The position numbers and the translations under genes are program-made. The notes under the pieces were generated by a model. The model was not told the DNA's origin and ran no database searches. It saw only the letters and a list, made by a program, of their open reading frames with translations. DNA of 64,000 nucleotides from Azolla caroliniana (lineage: Eukaryota; Plantae; Polypodiophyta), in contig JBHGNT010000003.1 of NCBI GenBank assembly GCA_043228905.1, positions 22,320,001 to 22,384,000 of the forward strand, given 5' to 3'. Of the stretch, positions 1 through 9,821 are shown piece after piece (positions within the stretch are counted from its first letter, which is position 1; the number at the start of each line of letters is the position of its first letter).

Positions 1-789
1 CTGGAGATCCTTTATCGCCCGCGTCAACTCCTCTAGCGCTGCTCCTCCGGACGAGCCATTGACCATGCTGGTTGAAGCTGAACCGGTTTCGAGCCATTCC
101 CGGGTTTCTTCCCTTCGCACTTGCGGCGCCGGTTCAAGCCTCCTTGCTGTAACAGAGCCCACACCGGCCGCCCCATTGTCAGCCCATTCTCGCCGTTTGT
201 CGAAACGGCCACAGACTCTCTTAACCGCAGCCCAGTCGGTCGTCAACCCGTCTTCAGTTTCCAGCAAGGAGCCGACTTGATCCCGGTCCCGCTCGTCCAC
301 CGACTTGACGAACAGTAGGACCCGGCTTGTATCCAGGATAGTTCGGTCAAGCGCCGAAAGGTGCGCAAAGCGTTCTTCGAACTCCCGGAGGAGTGCCAAC
401 GTGTTTCTTCCTTTGCCGGGGGACTCCACCCATTCCATGAAGTCCCGTTTCGAAAGCCGGAGCGCGCCGTCCAACCCGTATTTCTCTAGGAGTCGGCCTT
501 CGAACTCCTCCCAGGTATGGCTCTCCGCCCGTACCTCGAGCACCTCCGCATGGATGCTCGGCATCGCCACTCGAGGGAACCCGGCAAGACGCCTCTCTTC
601 CGGAATGTCCCGCATCAGCATTTCCGCCCCGTAGGACGCCAAATACTTCGTAGCATCCTTTCCGCTGAAACGGCTGATCGTACCGACGACCGCCTCAATG
701 GCTCTGTCGAGGGCGCCGGTGCCCTCGCGTGTGCTCAATATCCAATCCACGGCCGAGGCCATGGCCTCTGCAAGATCCGACCCCTTCAT
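1..789 (-). CDS. gag: Gypsy-type Gag (partial; runs off the window, so absent from the ORF track)
   Basis: Manual translation from ATG at 789: MKGSDLAEAMASAVDWILSTREGTGALDRAIEAVVGTISRFSGKDATKYLASYGAEM...WEEFEGRLLEKYG...LLREFEERF...RVLLFVKSV...LTTDWAAVKRVCGRFDKRREW. Confidence 0.65.
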   Translation of the reverse strand, partial: MKGSDLAEAMASAVDWILSTREGTGALDRAIEAVVGTISRFSGKDATKYLASYGAEMLMRDIPEERRLAGFPRVAMPSIHAEVLEVRAESHTWEEFEGRLLEKYGLDGALRLSKRDFMEWVESPGKGRNTLALLREFEERFAHLSALDRTILDTSRVLLFVKSVDERDRDQVGSLLETEDGLTTDWAAVKRVCGRFDKRREWADNGAAGVGSVTARRLEPAPQVRREETREWLETGSASTSMVNGSSGGAALEELTRAIKDLQ

Positions 790-1105
790 CTTCTGCTCTT
801 CTGCCGCCTCTTTCACGTCGGGTTCACCAAATATGTCGAGGTATTCCTCGCGGATGCGTGGAGTGAGGCGGGACCTCGGGGGTCCTGTACCGAAGAGTAA
901 GAGAGAGAGAGAGAGAGAGAGACCCACTACGTGCGAGCGTAGATTCACAGGGACATGGCCCTTCGACACAAAGACACGAATGGGACAGCGACACAGAAAA
1001 CCACGAAAGTATGTATGTATTGACAAGACAAACAACAAGAACACGAGGACAACAAAACACGAAGTCGGTTACAACCGAACAGGCCGGCGGACAGATGCCG
1101 ATACC

Positions 1106-1496
1106 TGTTCGTAAACGCACAGAAAGACAAGAACAGGTTGGAGGTGCTGCCGGAAGCACTCGGGCATTCCTCAGAGCAGCGCGGGCCTCCCGAAACTTGC
1201 ACAGAAGGAAGCTATGGCGTTTGCAACCAGAAAGAGAGAGAGAAGCCTTTGCACGCAAACCGACAGCACTTCGTCCTCGACTCTCCGCGATCCCTCTACC
1301 CTCCTCGTCTCCCTCCTTTTTATAGGCAAGGAAGGAGCCGTTTCCCCTTTACTCCCTACCTACCGAATCTACCTAGGATCTCCTATGTACAACTTAAGGC
1401 GCACGTGCATGAAGAGTCGGTTTCTACGCTCCGGTACACCGATTCCGCTTGTGGACGGTTTTCTTCACGACAGCATAGTGATGGATCTTCACGACA
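1106..1496 (-). repeat. 5' LTR of the Gypsy element
   Basis: TG...CA ends with imperfect inverted termini; minus-strand TATAAAAA near 1317-1324; upstream of gag. Confidence 0.6.
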
Positions 1497-2514
1497 ACGT
1501 GTTCTTTCTGGCGAAGTCGAACTTCAGTACGTTCCGACGGATCGGCAGGTTGCCGACATCTTCACCAAGCCTCTTGGTCTGGACAAGTTGCGGCAATTCT
1601 CAGGTGCGCTCGGGTTGCGTCACCTTGAGGGGGAGAACAGTCCCGAACGACCAAGCAAGGCAACAGGAAAGGAGCGGAGACCGCGACACCGAGTCAGTTG
1701 ACAAGTTCGACTTCGGATCGGCTGAAGAAGCCGAGGGCGGACCCGCGGAAAAGTTCGGAAGAGGACAAAAGGGGAGCAGCCGAAGGAGAGGGCCGAAACC
1801 ACGCCATCGAGGGCGAGAAGACCAAAGATGAGTTGGAGACAGCCAACTCGGACGAGAGCGAAAACCGATCAGAGGTAGCCGAGTCGGTTCGGATGGTTGA
1901 TTCAGATACGCTGAATCAACCGAGGCCCAAGTTAAAGAAAAGGCAGCAGGAGAAGCGTCAACACCGCAACAGCAAAAGAGCTAAGGGTCGCATGAGCAGA
2001 CAAGCCGACCGGAAGGGTCGAAGCGCGCGGAGTCGAACAGGTCGAGGAGCGCGAGCGAGGCATGAAGCCAGGAGGAACTGGTGCTGTGAAGATCCCGAAG
2101 AGCCTCAAGTTGAGCTTGAGGGGGAGTGTTGAGAGACAAGCTCAACATCGGCCGGTTTGGCTGAAGAAGCCGAGGACCGGATCGGTTGGGACCGATTGGT
2201 TAGGCCGAGTGCGTAAACCGGGAGGTCGTTAGGAAAGATATTCCGTGAGGAATATATTTGGGAGTTAGTGTAGGGGCTCTTGATGAGCATTGAAGTACTG
2301 TCAGTACTTCGGTCAGTCCTTTTAGGACTTGTATAAAAGTGCTCACTGAGCACGTCTTATGTACAGAGATTGAGTATTATTGTGAAATATAGTTTTTTGT
2401 GTTTTCTCTCTCTGTCTCTCCCGCGTATACCGTGTAAGTCCAAGCTCTCCATTAAACCTGTGTTTCCTTCCTCTGTTCTGTCTTCATACCTGCTTCCGCA
2501 CGCTACTTTCTACA
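1497..2514 (+). mobile_element. Copia element A, 3' end (RNase H tail, extended Pol C-terminus, PPT, 3' LTR)
   Basis: RVLSGEVELQYVPTDRQVADIFTKPLG (Copia RNase H ADxxTK motif); PPT TTGAGGGGGAG at 2116-2126; LTR TGTTGAG...TCTACA at 2127-2514. Confidence 0.85.
2127..2514 (+). repeat. 3' LTR of Copia A
   Basis: Starts TGTTG right after the PPT; TATAAAA near 2332; ends ...TACA where Copia B integrase resumes. Confidence 0.75.
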
Positions 2515-5367
2515 ACGACTCGACTCGGAAGGTGTGGGCTTACCCCATTAGAACCAAAGATCGAGTGTTCTCGATCTTCTCCGAATGGCTTGCAATGGTA
2601 AAAAACCAGACCGGTCGGAAACTAAAATGTCTCTGAACTGATAATGGAGGAGAATTCAAGTATGATGAATTCGTCAAATTTTGTCGGGAATGCGGCATTC
2701 GACATGAATATACGACACATTATAGTCCGGAGCAGAATGGAATTGCTGAACGCATCAATCAGACGATTCAAGAACGCATAATATCCATGCTCCAAGACTC
2801 TGAACTGTCGGATGGCTTATGGGCGGAGGCTCTACTTACAATAGTACACATAATAAATATGTTGCCAAGTAGACCTCTAGGACTTAAAATACCTTAGGAA
2901 ACATGGACCGGAAGTAAGCCGAATTATGACAAGCTGAGGATCTTCAGCTGCGAGGCGTATGCCCTCATACCGAAAGATGACCGTTGGAAAGTCAAACCAA
3001 GATCAAGGAAATGCATTTTCCTTGGATATGGACCTGACGACGAGATTGGATACCGCCTCTGGGATCCCGAGCACAGACAAATCGTCCGAAGTTCGGACGT
3101 CGTGTTCAACGAGTCGGTTATGCATAAAACGGTCGAAAGGCCTATTGAAGTTCGAAGGGTGATATTTTCCGAAGTGCCAACCCTTCATGAAGGCCCAACC
3201 CACAACATGAGATCAGTTTCACGGGTAACCGACACCTCTTGACCTGAATCCACCGATTCAGCACAGCCGAATGGCTCGGCTTCCGACCATCCGACACTTA
3301 TACTCGGTACGACCAATCCAATCATACCTCGAAGATCTGAGAGACTGTCGCAACCTCCGGAAAAGGTACTCTCCCGGAATTTTCTTTACCAACGTCGGCG
3401 AACCGATATCTTACGAAGAAGCATCGACATCTACCAACTCAACCACATGGCATATGGCGATGGAGTCGGAAATGCACTCCATTCGCGCAAACAAGACTTG
3501 GGACTTGGTCAAATTACCGGAGAATCAACGTGCTCTTCCGTGTAAGTGGGTCTATCGACTAAAAGAGACGTCCAACCTGACCAACCCAAAGTACAAGGCT
3601 AGATTAGTTGCAAAGGGATTTCGACAAGAATATGGCGTCGACTTTGACGAAATCTTTTCACCAGTGGTGAAAATGACAACCCTTCGTTTCATGTTGGGCG
3701 TCGTGGCCGCCGACAACTTGGAGCTGATTCAGCTAGATGTAAAACGACATTCCTCCATGGTGACCTCATGAGGAAATCTATATGGAGCAGCCGAAAGGCT
3801 TTGTGGCATCCAGCCAGGAACATCTAGTCTGCCAACTCAGGAAGAGTTTATACGGCCTTAAACAGGCACCCCGACAGTGGTACAAGAAGTTCGACGACTT
3901 CATCTAATCAGTCGGCTTCTCCAAAAGCGATGAGGACCACTGTCTCTTCACCAAAACAGCTCAAGACGGGTCCCTCGTCTTCCTCATCATTTACGTGGAC
4001 GACATGCTACTCTCTGGCCGACATGCCGGAGAGCTCACCGAACTTGTTCGAAAACTGCGGTTGAAGTTTTCCATGAAGGACCTCGGTCCGACAAGACACA
4101 TACTTGGTATGAAGATCAGTCGGCATCACGATAAATGACAACTCTTCTTGTCTCAAACCGACTACATCGGACGTGTCTTGGAACGCTTCAACATGCACTC
4201 GACCAAGTCTGCTTCGACCCCACTCCCCATTAACCTTCGGTTGTCTCAACGAGACTGCCCGACATCCGGTCCGGAAGGGGAAGATATGAAGTCGGTACCG
4301 TATTCACCGGCAGTCGGCTCCCTTATGTACGCGATGGTCACAACACGGCCTAATATTTCTCACGTCATAGGAGTCGTCAGCAGATTCATGCACAACCCAG
4401 GCCGATTGCACTGGAACGCAGTCAAGCATGTGTTTAGATATCTAGCTGGCACAAAAGACCATGGCATTCTTTTTGGCCCGAACTCAACCTCAAGCGTAGT
4501 CGGTTACACTGACTCGGACTTCGCCGACTACGTGGACAATCAGAAATCAACAACTAGATATTGTTTCAAATTCGGCAATGGAGCAATCTCATGGAAGTCA
4601 AAACTTCAGGAGTGCACAACCACCTCAACGACCGAAGTGGAATATGTAGCTACATCTGACGCGGCAAAAGAAGCTTTATGGCTCGGTCGGCTGGCGCACA
4701 TGTTTCGACAAGTTGACTTCGACTCGGCTCCAGCTGTCTACAACGACAGTCGGGGTGTTGTTGCTTTGTCAAAAAATCCGGTTCACCAAAACGCCTCCAA
4801 GCATATCGATGTTTGATATCACTTTGTTTGGGACTGCGTCATTTCAGGGAAAATCGATCTTGAGAAGATATCCACAGCTGATAATGTCGCAGATGGAATG
4901 ACCAAGTGTCTTTCGGCAGACTGCTTCCAGTCCCTTTGGCACCAAATGGGCGTAACGAAAAATCGGTCCAGTTAAAGTCGGACACACAACACATGATGGT
5001 TTCGAACAACCGACATCGGTTCTTTGAGGATTGGCTTTAGCTCTTCCGACCCGACCAGTTCGTTCTTTTGTCTTCAGATTTTGCCGACTCGAACAAAATC
5101 GATCTATTTGATAAACCTTGTATATACCTGTAATTTCAGATAACCCATGTATACGCCCATTACGGGGGAGTGTCGAATACGAGTGTATAATGGCCATATT
5201 CACATTGTCCCTCTAGACAACCCAAGTTTGGGCTATTTCTATAAATAGCATAAAGGACAGTTGCCCTAGGATAGTCACTATATAAAGTGACTTTGTAACC
5301 TTTAGTAAGGGTTGTTGGTTGTCATTTGTAATTGTTGCTATTAAGAAATAAAACGTTTCTTTTATGC

Positions 5368-5427
<60 letters not shown>

Positions 5428-5491
5428 CTTGTTTATTCTTATACACATGTCCTTCAACATCACAGATGTTGTTTGTTCTTCCGCACTAACA
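2515..5491 (+). mobile_element. Copia element B (Tnt1/Tork-like), decayed integrase-RT-RNase H plus 3' LTR
   Basis: DSTRKVWAY...TDNGGEF (IN), ALPCKWVYRLK, YKARLVAKGFRQEYGVDFDEIFSPVVK, YVDDML (RT), GYTDSDFA, ASKHIDV, ADGMTK (RNase H). Multiple stops and frameshifts. PPT TACGGGGGAG at 5161-5170. Confidence 0.9.
5171..5491 (+). repeat. 3' LTR of Copia B, containing (CT)n at 5371-5420
   Basis: TGTCG start after the PPT, TATATAAA near 5279, ends ...CTAACA. Confidence 0.7.
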
Positions 5492-6559
5492 ACCTTGTCC
5501 CCAACAAGGAGGCCTTTGCTCGCATGGCTCTCCTTCGGGAATGGGAGTCGATGTTGTTTGCCAAGTTGACACGCTTCGCATACTCGGTCGACTCGTTTCG
5601 ACTCGAATGACAGAAGTCCGATGACGACTCCCTTTGATTGCATAGCTCGGAGCCGTTGGAGATTTATGTGGCCGATTCTCTTGTGCCACAACTCGATGCT
5701 TGTCTCAGTTTTGAGACCTTTAGCATATATTGCCGATTTCATCTTGTTCGTATCGAGGATGAACATTCGACCATCTCTTTGCCCCTTAGCTATGAGTCGG
5801 CCATCTTTCTCGATGAAGCATCCTTCATTGTTGAAGCGGATTTGCGTGCCTTTCTCCACAATTTGGCCGACGGAGACCAAATTCCTTGTTATTGTGGGCA
5901 CATGCAAGACATTCCTGATGCAAGTTTGCTCTCTTTCTTTCTCGAATGGGACATTGCCGATGTGTTGAATGGGATGTGTGGTGTCGTTTCCCGTCTCTAT
6001 GAAGCCGGGTTGATCCGGCGTTCGTAAGTCACAGAACCACTCTTGGTGTGGTGTCATGTGATGTGAGGCGTCGGAATCGACGAACCACACGTCTTCCGAG
6101 TTGGAGGTGCTTGCGGAGTCGGAGGCCGACATAGAGTTCGCTCTATGCCTCATTACGAATAGTCCGCCGTAGTTGTCGTATTCGGAGTTGGCAACATAAT
6201 TTGTGAGTTGTCGATTTGTCGAAGCCGACTCGCTTATTCTTTTTCGGCACTCCTCCTCGCGGTGGCCGATTTTTCCGCAATAGTTGCAAATTGCGGGCGT
6301 CATTTGCCGACCTTGTTCGGCATGGAAACTCCCCCTTCTTCCGAAGGTTCCTTGATGGCTTCCGTCTTGTTATCGAAGGTTTGAGTCCCCTTGGTGTGAT
6401 GGCTCAAATCGACCTCTTCTACCGCCTCGACCTCGTCCTCAACCATCATTCGAATTCGAGAAGAACATTTGCCCTTTCGATGTCTTGGTTTTAGTTTGGT
6501 TGTGGTTCTCTTCAACCATTAGCATTGATTGAAGGTCGAAGAACGGAGGATTTTCCTTC

Positions 6560-6755
6560 GCCAAGATTGGCGTCCTCAACGAGTCGAATCGTTGTGCGAG
6601 GCCGCCCAAGCATACTTGAACCATCTCGCCTTCGTTGATGTTTATTTTGATAGAGCCAAGATTGCCGTCCTCAACGAGTCGAATCGTTGTGCGAGGCCGC
6701 CCAAGCATACTTGAACCATCTCGCCTTTGTTGATGTTTATTTTGATAGAGCCAAG
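6560..6755. repeat. 95-bp tandem duplication in Copia C gag
   Basis: GCCAAG at 6560, 6655 and 6750 brackets two near-identical 95-bp units. Confidence 0.9.
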
Positions 6756-7320
6756 CAGGTCGCAAATGCTCTTGATCTTGGCGGTGTAGTCTGACACTGA
6801 CATGTCTTTTTGCTGAAAGTTGTTCAACTCTTGTCGGAGTTGAAGCTTTCGGGCGGTTGTGTTGGCGGCAAACATTTTCTTTAAGTTCGCCCATGCTTCT
6901 TTAGGCGTCTTGGCGTCTCGAATGTGGCTAAGCATGTGGTCGTGGACACATGTTGCCGAGCAATACATGACTAGATTTGCCACTTGCTCCCATGTTGTGT
7001 AGTCGACGTTCTTTGAGTCGGGTCAATTTTCTTGTGCGTCGTTGTTGTAGCTCCAATACCCTTGGCCGATAAGGTATTGGTCATCTTGTACTCCCAAGAT
7101 GAATAATTGCTCCGGTCTAACTTTTCACTAGGGAGTGAGCTACCCATTTGTGTGTTCATGTTGATTGTAGTGTCTTCTCTTCTTTTGCTTTTCTTCCTTC
7201 GATCACATACACGTCCTACGTAGCGGCACTACGGTAGTGGATAGCCAGAATTTGTTGTCGGTGTTTCGAACACACAATTATGAAGAGGCGGATGGGCTTA
7301 GTGGATGTGCTAAACCACAC

Positions 7321-7332
7321 GCTTTTATACCA
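7321..7332 (-). other. Degenerate tRNA-iMet primer binding site of Copia C
   Basis: Minus strand TGGTATAAAAGC versus canonical TGGTATCAGAGC, adjacent to the LTR end. Confidence 0.75.
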
Positions 7333-7757
7333 TGTTAATAATTAGGTAATTAAGCAAGGGTTAATTAATACCTAATTATGTGATCAAGTTAAGTAGAAGA
7401 TTAAGTGATATGTATGTGTATGTGTGTGAGAGGAAGAGAGAGAGATACACTTATGAACAACACAAGATTAGTAACTATATTAAATTAGCATTATCATTAT
7501 CAAATACAATAATAAATACAATGAGGTATTATAAATCTCATGTGCAAGGGTGCACATGTGTGAGGATAATATAGGTACAAAAGTGTAAGTCCTATATTAA
7601 ATGTACTTAGGAGTGGAGGATCTAGAATATCCCACTTAAGTACAAGGTTCTATTTAAGGCGTTATAGTCAACACCTCTAACTAAATTCTATTTAGGTAAC
7701 TACGAAGTTACATGGTTGACTAAGTAACTAAACTAAGTTGAGCTTGACCTCTCAACA
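7333..7757 (-). repeat. 5' LTR of Copia C
   Basis: Minus strand TGTTGAGAGGTCAAGCTCAAC...TTAACA, followed by the PBS. Confidence 0.8.
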
Positions 7758-8396
7758 GTTATCAATGGAGAAACTCGTTGTTTGCCGACGAAGGACTAGG
7801 TTGGTTGACTCTCCCCCTACAGGAGTGAAGGGGGGGGGTTGTTGTGTAAGGTTGTCCCTCCTGATGGGAGAGGCGACTGAAAAGCCGAAATTGGACGAGA
7901 GGCCAAATGGGAATTGGCTGGCCGAAATTGGCCAAGAAGTCGAAACGAATCGATGGCCGAGAAACCGAAACTAGTCAAGGGCCGAAATTGGCCAAGAAGT
8001 CGAAACGAGTCAAGTGGCCAAAATCGGCCAAGAAGACGAAACGAGACTCGACCAAATGGAAGTCGGCTAAACAAGACTCAGCTGAATGGAAGTCAGACGA
8101 ATGCAATATATATATATGGGAGAAGTACTAGGATACCACTGGAAGTTCGTCTATTTACCAGAATGCCCCTGGAAGTTCCAAATTTACCAAACTACCCCTA
8201 TGTCCAAAAAATTACACTTTATAAAGTAATTATACACTCAAATCTTTGGTAAATAGAGCTTGTAGATTTGAGTGTGTAATTACTTTATAAAGCGTAATTT
8301 TTTGGACATAGGGGTAGTTTGATAAATTTGGAACTTCTAGGGGACTTCTGGTAAATAGACGAACGTCCAAGGGTATCCTGGAACTTTTCCCTATAT

Positions 8397-8427
<31 letters not shown>

Positions 8428-9006
8428 TAGTCTATAGGTATAGATATATAGATACGTGAGAAAACACTCTGTGAAAAAGTGAACTGAGAAGCGTGAGAGA
8501 AGAACTGTGAGAGCAGCGCGAGTGCAGAACTAACAGAGAGAGCGCGAGGTAGAGAGTGTGCGACGCAGAGAACGAAGTGTGAGCAGAACCGAGTGAGAGG
8601 AACAAAAAGCTGAACAGCATGGACTGTCTGTGAGATACAGTGCTGAGATTGAGCGTGGGAGAAAGCAAAGTAAGAGAGGTAGAACAGAGAAGCCTTGAGA
8701 GCTTCAAAAGAGGTAAACACAAACAAGTTAGGGTTTGGTGACCACGGCTGAAACTGTGGTTTCAGACAGCAACCTCTGAGAACTTGCATACCTCAACAGG
8801 TCGTATCTTTATATGCTTTGTATTTCTTATTCTCACTAGTGGAAATCAGTTTTGCTCCGTGGTTTTTCCTTGGATTCAGGGTTTTCCACGTAAATTGTGT
8901 GTATCTGTCTTTAGTGTTTGTGGTTTTAGATCTAAAGTTACCATAATTTCTGCCATATTCATTTCATATACCTCCCTTTTAGGCTTTACAGATAATATCT
9001 CTTAAC
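7758..9006 (+). mobile_element. Copia element E, extreme 3' end (RNase H tail, PPT, long 3' LTR from 7840; right end approximate)
   Basis: LSMEKLVVCRRRTRLVDSPPTGVKG resembles a Copia Pol end; G-rich PPT at ~7826-7838 then TGTTG; U3 subrepeats GGCCGAAATTGGCCAAGAAGTCGAAACGA; Copia U5-like CCGTGGTTTTTCC...GGTTTTCCACGTAAA near 8857-8894. Confidence 0.6.
8118..8391. mobile_element. Foldback MITE (Mutator-like long TIRs) inserted in a TA tract
   Basis: Arms ~8118-8245 and ~8263-8391 are near-perfect reverse complements (GGGAGAAG...CTTTTCCC); flanked by TATATATA on both sides. Confidence 0.85.
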
Positions 9007-9821
9007 TCTTATTTATATTGTAATGGTTTAACGTCAAAATTCCTATTCTTTTCGTCCAGTACACATCCAATCCCTTCTGCCACTGCTCTTGCAAGTATGT
9101 ATGTATTAGCTTTATTACTTTCTCAAGTTTACATGAACACTGATGAATCTCTTGATTATTTGACCTGAGTTATTAGATATCATCATAATAATAACATGAT
9201 TATTATTATTGATATATCTGTTGAGATATTTGGGGATCCATAGCATCCCAATAGGATGTAGCTGTGGATGAGGAGGCTGCATGCATCATTCCAATACCAT
9301 ACGCATAATTAGTGATAATGTCACACCCAATGGCCGTAGTAGCTCGATAATTATTAAGATCAAGAAACAAAGATAGAATAATCTACACACTAGTAGTATA
9401 GAAGATAGCCCCTCATCTATTTTTGTCATTGGCTCATCACGTCCTAATTTACACTTAAATGGATTGGAAAATTAAATGCTTTTCCATTCTCTAGCTTACT
9501 GATTATTCTCTTATTTGAATTGGTTTGGTTGATTCCCAGATCATTGATTATTGTTATTATTCTTCATACATCTGTTAGTATCAATGACATGGCGGCTGCA
9601 TCATCATCCCAGCCTCATGAGAATGAGAAGCGTCAGCCACCTTACCACCCCATCCAGACGGTCTGGGAGTCAAATATAAGATCCTAATGTTAGTTTTTAT
9701 ATCCTTGACTTGATTTCAATAATAAGCTCCGCCCCATTCTATATAAATCAGGAGAAGTTCTAATTAGCATCAAATAAATTCAAACATAATCTCTTTATAA
9801 GATCCAAGACTCCTGAGGACT

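Larger units (their letters stand above)
1..1496 (-). mobile_element. Gypsy-like LTR retrotransposon, 5' part (5' LTR, leader, gag); continues beyond window start
   Basis: Minus-strand open frame with retrotransposon gag character. LTR bounded by TGTCGTGAAG...TTTACGAACA. It interrupts a Copia RNase H that resumes at 1497. Confidence 0.7.
5492..7757 (-). mobile_element. Copia element C, 5' part (5' LTR, PBS, gag, protease, GAG-pre-integrase), decayed
   Basis: gag EKLDRSNYSSWEYKM...ARKLQLRQEL; zinc knuckle CNYCGKIGHREEEC; protease WFVDSDASHHMT; LWHKRIGH...CEACQLGKQHRLPF; clearly related to Copia D. Confidence 0.9.

Noticed and set aside
59-1325. Plus-strand ORFs in the ORF track
   Set aside because: Antisense shadows of the GC-rich minus-strand gag and LTR.
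1280-1325. Tf1-style self-priming for the Gypsy element
   Set aside because: I found no complementarity between the putative PBS and the sequence just downstream of the LTR TATA.
5213-5610. RE/LS dipeptide-repeat ORFs (also at 34.5 and 59.2 kb)
   Set aside because: Translations of (GA/CT)n microsatellites.
7885-8100. CRISPR or coding repeat (ORFs 7907-8131 and 7914-8252)
   Set aside because: Degenerate subrepeats following a PPT and TGTTG; best explained as LTR U3.
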